A DNA stretch of 44,755 nucleotides from an uncultured Gammaproteobacteria bacterium. Its GTDB lineage: Bacteria; Patescibacteriota; Patescibacteriia; Patescibacteriales; UBA12465. Within the stretch, counting starts at the first letter, position 1. Each line of letters opens with the position of its first letter. The notes beneath the pieces were generated by a model, which did no database searches, was not told where the DNA came from, and saw only the letters and a list, made by a program, of their open reading frames with translations. The stretch covers positions 1,783-46,537 of the forward strand of contig CAZSAA010000002.1 in assembly GCA_964604915.1 (NCBI GenBank). The letters run 5' to 3'. Positions 9,186-18,298 of the stretch are shown piece after piece. The translations under genes were made by a program, and so were the position numbers.

Positions 9186-9191
9186 ATTGTA
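9186..9191 (-). promoter_or_regulatory. Candidate -10 box (TACAAT) 6 nt upstream of the ATG of the 480-aa gene
   Basis: The minus strand reads TACAAT-tagctt-ATG. There is no Shine-Dalgarno sequence and no good -35 box. Confidence 0.3.
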
Positions 9192-9203
9192 CTAGATTGG
9201 CCT

Positions 9204-9228
9204 AAAAACAAAAAGGGGTTGCCCCCTT
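9204..9228 (-). terminator. Rho-independent terminator downstream of rpoC
   Basis: The minus strand reads AAGGGG-gcaa-CCCCTT followed by TTTTTGTTTTT, 17 nt after the rpoC stop. Confidence 0.6.
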
Positions 9229-9244
9229 AATGTTTATCCGTAAT

Positions 9245-12200
9245 CTATTTATATATCTCTCGTTTCTTTCTTTCCTTATACCCTGTTCCCGCTGGGATTA
9301 GACAACCGATAATGACGTTTTCCTTGAGGCCTTCGAGGTAATCGATCTTGCCAGATACGGCCGCTTCGACCAGTACTCTCGGAGTTTCTTGGAAGGAGGC
9401 GGCCGAGAGGAAGCTGTCCGTGGAAAGCGAAGCCTTGGTGATACCCATGAGCAGGCGTTCGGCCTGGGCTGGCTTCTTTATACTCTTGTTAGCCTGGGAC
9501 AGTACTTCTTCTTCCACTACTTCGCCTGGCAACAGGATGGTATCGCCTGAATCCTTGATAAGGTAGCGGGAGAACATCTGTCTAGCGATGATCTCGACGT
9601 GCTTGTCGTTTAACGGCTGACCCTGGGAAGAATACACATATTGGATTTCCTTGATGATATACTTCTCCGTTTCCAAGCGGCCACGCAGGCGGTATAACTC
9701 GCGCAAGTCGAGACTACCCTCGGTCAATTGGGCGCCCTTTTCAATCTCTTCCCCGTCCTTGACCATAATCATAGTGCCTTTGATAATGGAATGTTCCTTT
9801 ATCTTGTCGACTTCCTTGAGGATAGATATGAATTTATCGCTCACTTGGACGACGCCGCTTGATTTCGCCTTGACGGCTTCGCCGCCGACGGAGAACAGAG
9901 TGGTTCCCTTAGCCGCTTTCTCCCCGTCCTTTATCTCTACCTTAACATCCAGATCTTTCTTCTTCTTGCCGGATAGCTTGAGCTCATTCTGCTTCTCAGA
10001 GAAATAATATTTCTCTGCTTCGGTGCCGCGATAGTGGATGCTAACGATCTTAGCCTGAGGATTAGGAACCAAAATGTCCTTGCCATCCTTGTCCTTTATC
10101 ACCTTCTGGGCCAATTCTATCTTCACCTTGCCAGCTACGTCAGACATGATCGCCTTCTTCTTCGGAGTGCGGCTTTCAAAAATCTCTTCTACCCTCGGCA
10201 AACCCTGGGTGATATCGTCACCTCCGGCTACGCCGCCGGCATGGAAGGTTCTCATCGTGAGCTGGGTACCGGGTTCGCCGATAGACTGGGCAGCGATAGT
10301 CCCGACGGTTGCGCCGAACTTAACTTCCTTATTATATGCCAGATCCCAGCCATAGCACTTGGCGCAAACGCCCTTGTGCATCTTGCAATTGACTACGGAC
10401 CTGATAACTACTGATTTTATATCCTTGTCCTTGGCGATAGCCTTGGAGGTGGCTTCATCGATCATCTCGCCGGCCTTGACTATAGTCTTTCCATCGCCGG
10501 ATTTGATAGCTTTAGCGGCAAAGCGGCCAATAATCTTCTTTCCTACATCCTCGCCATTATTTTCCGCTTCCGCTCTCGATATCTCCAAGCCCTCGTTATC
10601 GCCGCAGTCATCCTGCGAGACGATCACGTCCTGGGAAACGTCGACCAAGCGGCGGGTCAGATAGCCGGCATTAGCGGTACGCAGAGCCGTATCAGACAAG
10701 CCTTTGCGCACGCCGTGGGTCGAGATGAAATATTCCAATACGCCGAATCCTTCCTTGAAATTACCTTTGATCGGCAACTCAATGATAGCGCCGGAAGGCG
10801 AAGTAACGAGACCCTTCATGCCCAAAATCTGAACCGGCTGAGCCCACGATCCTCTAGCGCCTGATTCAATCATGGAGAATACCGGCAAGGAATTAGCTAA
10901 TCCCTTCTTGCAGATCTCGCCGATCTGATCCTTGGTATTGGTCCATTCTTCGATCACCTTAGCATATCTTTCGCTTTCGGTGAGCAAGCCTTCTTCATAC
11001 TGTTCCTGGATAGTCTCGACACGCTTATTAGTTTCTTCGATAAGATGGTTCTTCTCTTTAAGATCAGGCAAATCGCCGAATCCCCAAGAAAGACCGGATT
11101 TAGTGATGAACGCGAAACTCTTATTTTTCAGGTTATCGATGAACTTTACCGTCTCTTCCTGGGTATAGAAGCGGAGACATTCCTTGATAAGGTCCTTCAG
11201 GCGGCCTTTTCCGACCACTTCATTGATATATCTGAGCTTCTCCGGCAATACTGAGTTGAAGATGAGGCGGCCGACGGTAGTACGGCGCAACTGACCTTCC
11301 ATCCTGATGCGGATAGCTTCATGTAAATCGATAAATCCATTCTGATAGGCCAGCTGTGCTTCATCTTCATTCATGAAAGCATGCAGTTCCTTATCTTCCT
11401 TATCAATATCTTCCGGACGGAGGGAGGTCATATAATACGTACCCCAGACGATATCTTGAGCCGGAACGACGATAGGGTCACCGGTAGCCGGTTTCAGGAG
11501 GTTGTGGGAAGAAAGCATGATCTCAGCCGCTTCCTTGACCGCTTCCTTAGTGAGCGGCACGTGGACGGCCATCTGGTCGCCATCGAAGTCAGCATTGAAG
11601 GCGGTACATACGAGCGGATGGATTTGCAAGGCCTTTCCTTCGATAAGGATAGGCTTGAAGGCCTGGATACCTAAGCGATGCAAAGTCGGAGCGCGGTTTA
11701 GCAGCACGTAGGCATGCTTGACCGTCTCTTCGAGGATGTCCCAAACCTCATCGTGTCCAGCCTCGATATAGCGGGAAGCGCTACGGACGTTATGCACGAT
11801 CTCGCGCTTGATTAGCTGGCTGATGATGAAAGGCTTGAAAAGTTCAAGGGCCATGATCTTAGGTAAACCGCATTGGTCTAGGTCGAGCTTAGGGTTGACG
11901 ACGATAACGCTGCGTCCGGAATAATCGACGCGCTTACCGAGCAAGTTCTGACGGAAACGCCCTTGCTTCCCTTTGAGGGAATCGGCTAATGACTTGAGCT
12001 GGCGCTTCTGCCCGGTGGAGGCGGTAACAGTCTTGCTATGGCGGGCACTATTGTCGATCAGGGCGTCTACGGCTTCCTGGAGCATCCGTTTCTCGTTGCG
12101 GCAAATAACTTCCGGGGCATTGAGGTCGACGAGCTGCTTCAAGCGGTTATTACGATTGATGACGCGGCGATATAGGTCATTGAGATCAGATGCGGCGAAA

Positions 12201-13213
12201 CGACCGCCATCGAGAGCGACCATAGGCCGGAGATCAGGCGGGACGACCGGAACGATAGTCATTATCATCCATTCGGGACGCAAATTGTTATTACGGAAAC
12301 TCTTTAACAATTTTAACCTCTTCACCAATCTTTCCTTCTTGGAATCAATGGCGTCGGAGAGCTTCTCTTCTAACTTCTTGATACTCTTATCAAGGTCTAT
12401 CTTGGCGAGTAAGTCGCGGATGGCTTCGGCGCCGATACCAGCCTCAAAGATATGTCCGAACTTCAAACTCAGGTTCTGGTACTGGTTCTCGGAAATGATC
12501 ATCATCGGCTTGAGATCCTTGAGCTCTTTCTGGACCTGGCCGAAACCTTCTTCTAATTTTTCCAGCTTATCCGCCTTCTGTGCTTCCAAAGAAGCGATTG
12601 TGGCATCAATTTCTGCTTCCGCTTCCGCCTTGCTCTTACCGCCAGCGATAAGGTCGGCTTTCTGGTCTCTAGCTTTCTTAGATTCGCTAACGCAATCGTT
12701 CTCGATAGACTTCTTCTTACTCTTATGTTCCTGCTTGATCTGAGCGATGGTAGCTTCCTTGAGGTTCTCATCGACATCGGTGACGATAAAACTGGCGAAA
12801 TATATCACTTTCTCGAGCGACTGAATACCGAGGTTCAGGAGCAAGCCAACCTTGGACGAGATGCCACGCAAGAACCAGATATGGGTGCAGGGAATCTGGA
12901 GGGTAATATGACCCATGCGTTCGCGGCGCACGATGCTGCGGGTAACTTCCACGCCGCACTTATCGCATACCACTCCCTTATACCGTATCTTCTTATATTT
13001 CCCGCAAGCACACTCCCAATCCTTGGTAGGGCCGAAGATCTTCTCGCAAAACAAGCCGTCCTTTTCCGGCTTCTGGGTACGATAGTTGATAGTTTCCGGC
13101 TTGGTCACTTCGCCATGGGACCATCCCACTATCTCTTCCGGAGAAGCGAGCTTGAGGCGGATAGCGTCGAAATCGCTAGTTTTTATTGGGTTGAGCATAT
13201 TGTTATTAAGCAA
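9245..13213 (-). CDS. rpoC: DNA-directed RNA polymerase subunit beta'
   Basis: [12 protein letters not shown] is the catalytic motif. A Zn-binding Cys cluster is present (CECACGKY...CDKCGVE). The protein is 1322 aa. Confidence 0.97.
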   Translation of the reverse strand: MLNNNMLNPIKTSDFDAIRLKLASPEEIVGWSHGEVTKPETINYRTQKPEKDGLFCEKIFGPTKDWECACGKYKKIRYKGVVCDKCGVEVTRSIVRRERMGHITLQIPCTHIWFLRGISSKVGLLLNLGIQSLEKVIYFASFIVTDVDENLKEATIAQIKQEHKSKKKSIENDCVSESKKARDQKADLIAGGKSKAEAEAEIDATIASLEAQKADKLEKLEEGFGQVQKELKDLKPMMIISENQYQNLSLKFGHIFEAGIGAEAIRDLLAKIDLDKSIKKLEEKLSDAIDSKKERLVKRLKLLKSFRNNNLRPEWMIMTIVPVVPPDLRPMVALDGGRFAASDLNDLYRRVINRNNRLKQLVDLNAPEVICRNEKRMLQEAVDALIDNSARHSKTVTASTGQKRQLKSLADSLKGKQGRFRQNLLGKRVDYSGRSVIVVNPKLDLDQCGLPKIMALELFKPFIISQLIKREIVHNVRSASRYIEAGHDEVWDILEETVKHAYVLLNRAPTLHRLGIQAFKPILIEGKALQIHPLVCTAFNADFDGDQMAVHVPLTKEAVKEAAEIMLSSHNLLKPATGDPIVVPAQDIVWGTYYMTSLRPEDIDKEDKELHAFMNEDEAQLAYQNGFIDLHEAIRIRMEGQLRRTTVGRLIFNSVLPEKLRYINEVVGKGRLKDLIKECLRFYTQEETVKFIDNLKNKSFAFITKSGLSWGFGDLPDLKEKNHLIEETNKRVETIQEQYEEGLLTESERYAKVIEEWTNTKDQIGEICKKGLANSLPVFSMIESGARGSWAQPVQILGMKGLVTSPSGAIIELPIKGNFKEGFGVLEYFISTHGVRKGLSDTALRTANAGYLTRRLVDVSQDVIVSQDDCGDNEGLEISRAEAENNGEDVGKKIIGRFAAKAIKSGDGKTIVKAGEMIDEATSKAIAKDKDIKSVVIRSVVNCKMHKGVCAKCYGWDLAYNKEVKFGATVGTIAAQSIGEPGTQLTMRTFHAGGVAGGDDITQGLPRVEEIFESRTPKKKAIMSDVAGKVKIELAQKVIKDKDGKDILVPNPQAKIVSIHYRGTEAEKYYFSEKQNELKLSGKKKKDLDVKVEIKDGEKAAKGTTLFSVGGEAVKAKSSGVVQVSDKFISILKEVDKIKEHSIIKGTMIMVKDGEEIEKGAQLTEGSLDLRELYRLRGRLETEKYIIKEIQYVYSSQGQPLNDKHVEIIARQMFSRYLIKDSGDTILLPGEVVEEEVLSQANKSIKKPAQAERLLMGITKASLSTDSFLSAASFQETPRVLVEAAVSGKIDYLEGLKENVIIGCLIPAGTGYKERKKREIYK

Positions 13214-13222
13214 AATTTCAAA

Positions 13223-16200
13223 TTATTCCTCATCCGACGGAGTGTTGCCGCCATTCTCATCGACAGCCGCGATGATTTCCGGCTGTTCGATACCTAGCTT
13301 CGCTTCCGTTATTTCTATCTCTTCATCCAATTCGGTCTTCACTTCCGAAGCCGTCTGGCCGTCACCGCCCAAGAGCTCGATATTGAGGCCGAGACCTTTT
13401 AGTTCGCGGATCAAGACGTTGAAAGACTCAGGAACGTTGAGCTTCTCGATCTCTTCGCCCTTGATGATAGCTTCATAGGCCTTGCTGCGTCCTGGTACGT
13501 CATCAGACTTGATGGTGAGCATCTCTTGCAGGGTGTGCGCCGCGCCGTAGCCCTCAAGCGCCCAGACTTCCATCTCACCGAATCTTTGGCCACCGAATTG
13601 GGCTTTTCCGCCCAAAGGCTGCTGGGTAATAAGGGAGTATGGACCGATAGAGCGCTGGTGAATCTTATCTTCCACCATATGGTTCAGTTTCAATACGTAC
13701 TTATAGCCGACAGTTATCTTATGGTCATATTCTTCACCGGTCTTGCCGTCAAAAAGGCTGACCTTGCCGTCTTCGGGCAAACCAGCACGCTTTAGTTCCT
13801 GGCGAATGATATCCTCCTTAAGGCCGTTTAGAGCCGGAGTAGCCACTTTGTAGCCCAGCTTCTTAGCGGCGAATCCCATATGGGTCTCGAGCAATTGACC
13901 GAGGTTCATACGGGAGATGATGCCCAAAGGAGAAAGGATGACATCAATGGGAGTGCCGTCTTCCATATAAGGCATATCTTCAGCCGGTACGACCTTGGAA
14001 ATGACCCCCTTATTACCATGGCGGCCAGACATCTTGTCACCAACTTGGATCTTGCGGAGATTAGCGACGGAAACCTGAATAGACTTGAGCACGCCAGCGG
14101 CGAGCTTGTCGCCTTCTTCGCGCGAGAATATCTTCACGTCCACCACTTTGCCGTGTTCACCATGCTCGAGGTAGAGGGAGGAATCGCGGACATCCTTGGC
14201 TTTCTCGCCGAAAATAGCGCGCAAGAGCTTCTCTTCCGCCGACAGGGTAGTTTCGCCCTTAGGGGTAATCTTGCCGACCAGGATATCACCAGAAGAAACT
14301 TCCGCACCGACGCGGATGATGCCTTCTTCATCGAGATTCTTCAGCTTTTCCTCGCTGATATTTGGTATATCGTTAGTGATAACCTCCGGACCGAGCTTGG
14401 TATCGCGGACATCAATAGTGTAGTTCTCAATATGGATGGAAGAATACACGTCCTCCTTCACCAAACGTTCGGAAATGATAATGGCGTCTTCGTAGTTATA
14501 TCCCTCCCAGGTCATGAAAGCGACCAGCACGTTGCGTCCCAAGGAAAGTTCGCCTTCATCAATGGACGGTCCATCAGATAGTATTTGACCCGCTTTTACC
14601 TTGTCGCCTAAGTCAACAATGGGGTGCTGATTAATGCAAGTGGAGGAATTAGAACGGACAAATTTATTCAGTTTATATATAATACTTCCCTTCTTGCCCG
14701 CCACTTCGATCTCAGCGGCATCAAGTTTCACTACTTCGCCATCTTCTTTGGCGATAGCGATATGGCCGCTGTCGAGCGCCGCCCGAGCTTCCGCGCCGGT
14801 GCCGACGATAGGGGCTTCGCTCTTGATGAGCGGCACGGCTTGGCGTTGCATGTTCGTTCCCATCAAGGCTCTTTGCCCGTCGTTATGTTCCATGAAAGGA
14901 ATAAGGGAAGTGGCGATGGAGATGATTTGGTTAGCGGCCACGCCAACGAAATCAATCCGATCCACTTCCTCTAAGCTCGGTTCGCTGTGCTTGCGCACTT
15001 CGTACTTGGCTACGAGAAAGCGCCCATCTTCACCAAGCGGGATAGTAGCATCAGCTGTGATATATTTCTCTTCTTCAAAAGCATCGAGGAATATGATCTC
15101 ATCAGTTACCCGGCTACCGCCCTTACCGTGTTCCACTTTGCGATATGGCGCTTCCAAAAATCCGTAGCTGTTGAGACGGGCATAGCTGGCCAAGTGGCCG
15201 ACGAGACCGATATTCGGTCCTTCCGGCGTAGCGATCGGACAGATACGGCCATAGTGAGTAGTGTGTACGTCGCGTACGTCGAAGCCGGCCCTTTCTCTGG
15301 TGAGACCGCCCGGACCCATGGCCGACAAGCGCCTCTTATGCTCCAATTCAGCGAGCGGATTAGTCTGATCCATGAACTGCGAAAGCTGGGAAGACATAAA
15401 GAATTCCTTCACTACGCCAATAACCGGACGCGCGTTTATCAGCTTGTTCGGATTGAGACTAGCGATATCGGAAGTGGACATGCGGTCCTTGATGATGCGC
15501 TCCATGCGGGCCAAGCCGACGCGGAAACGATTCTGGATAAGGCCACCTATCGCTCTGATGCGACGGTTGCCGAGATGATCGATATCATCCTCCGGTTCCT
15601 TGGTTATATTGAGCCGGATAACTTCCTTGATTATTAAAACTAAGTCTTCCGGACGCAGGACGCGATTTTCTTTAGTGATCGGCACATCGATATCGAAACG
15701 CCGATTTAACTTATATCTACCTACGCGTCCGAAATCATAGCGATCGAAACGGAAGAACATCGAACTGATAAGCTGCTTCGCATTCTCGACGGACGCTAAA
15801 TCGCCAGGACGGATGCGGCGGTACACTTCCTGCAATCCTTCCGCCTCGTTCTTAGCGATATCTTTCTCTAAAGTAGCATCGATGAAGGTCTGTTCATCCT
15901 TGTTCTTCACTAAGTCGACATCCTTGAAAAGGGCGCGGATAGAGTCGTCATCGGGAAAACCGAAAGCACGCAACAAAGAGGTGACGGCGACCTTCCTCTT
16001 ACGGTCTATTCTCACCCATAATACTTTATTGGAATCGCTCTCTATCTCCAGCCAAGCGCCGCGATTCGGGATGATCTTAGCGCCATAGCACTTCTTCCCC
16101 TTGATAAATTCAGCCGTGAACATGACGCCAGCGCTGCGGATAAGCTGAGAAACGACAACTCTCTCAATGCCGTTGATGATGAAGGTGCCGTTATCGGTCA

Positions 16201-16558
16201 TGAGCGGAAAATCGCCCAGATATACTTCTTGCTTGATAGACTGCCCCGTCTTCTTGTTTACCAACCTGGTCTTGACCCGGAGCGGGGATTCATAGGTGAT
16301 ATTCTTGTTGCGGCTCTCCACTTCGGAGAATTTAGGCTCATCGAGATAATAGTCGTCGAAATAGAGCTCAAGATCGCGTCCGATGAAATCGGTAACCGGG
16401 TTGATTTCCTCAAATAGTTCAGATAGCCCCTCATCAAGGAACCATTTATATGAATCTTTCTGGATTTCTATGAGATCTGGCAGCGGCATCACTTCGGTCG
16501 AATCGGAGAAAAACTTCCGCGCGGCTACCTTTTTGTCGATTTTTTGAGTTTTAGACAT
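13223..16558 (-). CDS. rpoB: DNA-directed RNA polymerase subunit beta
   Basis: GEMEVWALEGYGAAHTLQEMLT, GRHGNKGV and MGPGGLTRERAGFDVRDVH are present. The protein is 1111 aa and ends 9 nt upstream of rpoC. Confidence 0.97.
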   Translation of the reverse strand: MSKTQKIDKKVAARKFFSDSTEVMPLPDLIEIQKDSYKWFLDEGLSELFEEINPVTDFIGRDLELYFDDYYLDEPKFSEVESRNKNITYESPLRVKTRLVNKKTGQSIKQEVYLGDFPLMTDNGTFIINGIERVVVSQLIRSAGVMFTAEFIKGKKCYGAKIIPNRGAWLEIESDSNKVLWVRIDRKRKVAVTSLLRAFGFPDDDSIRALFKDVDLVKNKDEQTFIDATLEKDIAKNEAEGLQEVYRRIRPGDLASVENAKQLISSMFFRFDRYDFGRVGRYKLNRRFDIDVPITKENRVLRPEDLVLIIKEVIRLNITKEPEDDIDHLGNRRIRAIGGLIQNRFRVGLARMERIIKDRMSTSDIASLNPNKLINARPVIGVVKEFFMSSQLSQFMDQTNPLAELEHKRRLSAMGPGGLTRERAGFDVRDVHTTHYGRICPIATPEGPNIGLVGHLASYARLNSYGFLEAPYRKVEHGKGGSRVTDEIIFLDAFEEEKYITADATIPLGEDGRFLVAKYEVRKHSEPSLEEVDRIDFVGVAANQIISIATSLIPFMEHNDGQRALMGTNMQRQAVPLIKSEAPIVGTGAEARAALDSGHIAIAKEDGEVVKLDAAEIEVAGKKGSIIYKLNKFVRSNSSTCINQHPIVDLGDKVKAGQILSDGPSIDEGELSLGRNVLVAFMTWEGYNYEDAIIISERLVKEDVYSSIHIENYTIDVRDTKLGPEVITNDIPNISEEKLKNLDEEGIIRVGAEVSSGDILVGKITPKGETTLSAEEKLLRAIFGEKAKDVRDSSLYLEHGEHGKVVDVKIFSREEGDKLAAGVLKSIQVSVANLRKIQVGDKMSGRHGNKGVISKVVPAEDMPYMEDGTPIDVILSPLGIISRMNLGQLLETHMGFAAKKLGYKVATPALNGLKEDIIRQELKRAGLPEDGKVSLFDGKTGEEYDHKITVGYKYVLKLNHMVEDKIHQRSIGPYSLITQQPLGGKAQFGGQRFGEMEVWALEGYGAAHTLQEMLTIKSDDVPGRSKAYEAIIKGEEIEKLNVPESFNVLIRELKGLGLNIELLGGDGQTASEVKTELDEEIEITEAKLGIEQPEIIAAVDENGGNTPSDEE

Positions 16559-16840
16559 AATCTTCTAGCCAAATTACCTTTCCCCCTCCCAGCTAAGGAG
16601 GGCTATGAATTATGGACAGTTAAAATTTTCAACAAAAAAATCTCAAACCTCAAAATTCGGGTTGAGTTCGGTTTTAGGTTTAGAGTTTAAATCTTTGTGT
16701 TCACGACTTTAAGTATAAATTAAAGGTGAATTTTTGCTATCTACAACAAAAAAACGGGCAATAACATCTTCATTTGTTTCTCTGTTTCCGGCCGTTTTTC
16801 TTATAGTTTTCGAGTTGTACCTTATATACTATTATTAATT

Positions 16841-18298
16841 TCAACTTTTGTCAATACACAGTTTGTCCACAATTTCCTCCTTAAGCACGAGCCGATCATC
16901 CCAGGGGATTTTCTGGCCGTTTTGGATACAGATAAACTGCTCAGACCCCTTGCCGGTGAGCAGGAGCAGATCGCCTGGCGCGGCTAGTCCGACCGCCTGC
17001 TTAATCGCTTCCCGCCTATCTAAGAACTTAAAGAGATTCTTCCCTTCTTCCTTGCCAGCCTGGATGGCGCCGATTACCACTTCTTCGATAATCTGAGCCG
17101 GATTATCATCATACGGATCTTCATTGGTCACTATGACAATATCAGCCTTTTCTCCAGCTATCCTCCCCAGTATTGGCCGCCGCGCTCGGTCACGGCCGCC
17201 GCCGCAAGAACCGAGAACGTGAATGATTCTCTTCTTCCGGAACATCGAGATTACTTCATATAGCTTGGACAACGCACCGGGCTCGAACGCGTAATCAACT
17301 ACGGCGGTAAAGTCCTGGCCGACGTCAATCTTTTCCATCTTGCCAGACAGGGTCCTGACTCTCTCGAGCGAAGACTTTATCTTCGGCAACGGGATGTCCT
17401 GACTGAGTGCGCAGACTGCGGCCGCGGCCGCGTTCTGGGCATTGAAGCCCCCTAGCAATTTCAAATATATGCGTTCATCCTCAAGATTGAAACTAGTGCC
17501 GCTATCGTTCGCTTCGATGTCGCCGAAGCGCACTACCCTCAAGCCTTTTATCCTCGATACGTCGCCATTTTGAGCTAGGTCTTCTAGCCTAAGATTATCA
17601 TGAGAGGAATAGGCGAACTTGACCTCGGACCAAAAATTCAAAAAATATGGCGCTTCCTGGTCATCACCATTAGCGATTATAGTCTTTTTCACGCGCACTA
17701 GATCAAGTTTCCTTAATTCGGAAGAAGGAGCGACGATGAAATGATTATCATCCCGATATTTGGTCCGACATCGCTTGAGATGGGCAAATAAGGCGCCTTT
17801 AGCTTCCCTATATTTTTCATAGCTGCCATGCGCCTCGATATGTTCCGGCGCCAAATTAGTAAACAGGATGATGTCGTAATTTATGAAACGATGGCGGAAC
17901 TGTTTGACGCCTTCGGAGGTCGTCTCGACGATGGCATACTGGCAACGGTTACGGACGAGAGAACGCAGGAACTTCTGATTGAAAAATCCGCCGACCATCG
18001 TCATCTTCTTGTCATTGAGCCATTCGCTATCACCATCGCCAAACATCGCGGTGGAGCTAAACCCCGCCTTATAGCCCGCCCCGGCTAAAGCTTTGGCAAC
18101 CATATAGACGGTGGAGGTCTTACCGGAAGTACCAGTGACCCCGATTACGATCAGCTTATTGGACGGAAAACGATATATGAAAGCCGCCAACCAAGCTAAC
18201 ACGAAATGGTATGCCGGCTGCAAGGCGAAAAAAAGCTTCTTAGGAAATATCTTCTTTATCATCACTAAAGTCTTAGACATATAGGTACGGATTGGCAA
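16841..18298 (-). CDS. murE: Mur ligase, MurE-like (UDP-MurNAc-L-Ala-D-Glu: diamino acid ligase), divergent N-terminus
   Basis: The P-loop is GVTGTSGKTS, and the C-terminus LLLLTGKGSEQF resembles the MurE GKGHE motif. The specificity-motif position reads EDPY. The start directly abuts the ftsK stop. Confidence 0.75.
   Translation of the reverse strand: MPIRTYMSKTLVMIKKIFPKKLFFALQPAYHFVLAWLAAFIYRFPSNKLIVIGVTGTSGKTSTVYMVAKALAGAGYKAGFSSTAMFGDGDSEWLNDKKMTMVGGFFNQKFLRSLVRNRCQYAIVETTSEGVKQFRHRFINYDIILFTNLAPEHIEAHGSYEKYREAKGALFAHLKRCRTKYRDDNHFIVAPSSELRKLDLVRVKKTIIANGDDQEAPYFLNFWSEVKFAYSSHDNLRLEDLAQNGDVSRIKGLRVVRFGDIEANDSGTSFNLEDERIYLKLLGGFNAQNAAAAAVCALSQDIPLPKIKSSLERVRTLSGKMEKIDVGQDFTAVVDYAFEPGALSKLYEVISMFRKKRIIHVLGSCGGGRDRARRPILGRIAGEKADIVIVTNEDPYDDNPAQIIEEVVIGAIQAGKEEGKNLFKFLDRREAIKQAVGLAAPGDLLLLTGKGSEQFICIQNGQKIPWDDRLVLKEEIVDKLCIDKS

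Noticed and set aside
11973-12743. Long ORFs antisense to conserved genes. Examples: 11973-12743 (256 aa, within rpoC); 13880-14581 and 14987-15637 (rpoB); 19569-20363 (ftsK); 2977-3585 (recJ); 30987-31481 (LCP gene); 31704-32237 (der); 35654-36115 (topA).
   Set aside because: Each lies fully inside a strongly supported conserved CDS on the other strand. Their composition is low-complexity and Ser/Arg/Leu-rich. None has a plausible promoter or RBS. They look like shadow ORFs, which are common in coding DNA with few antisense stop codons.
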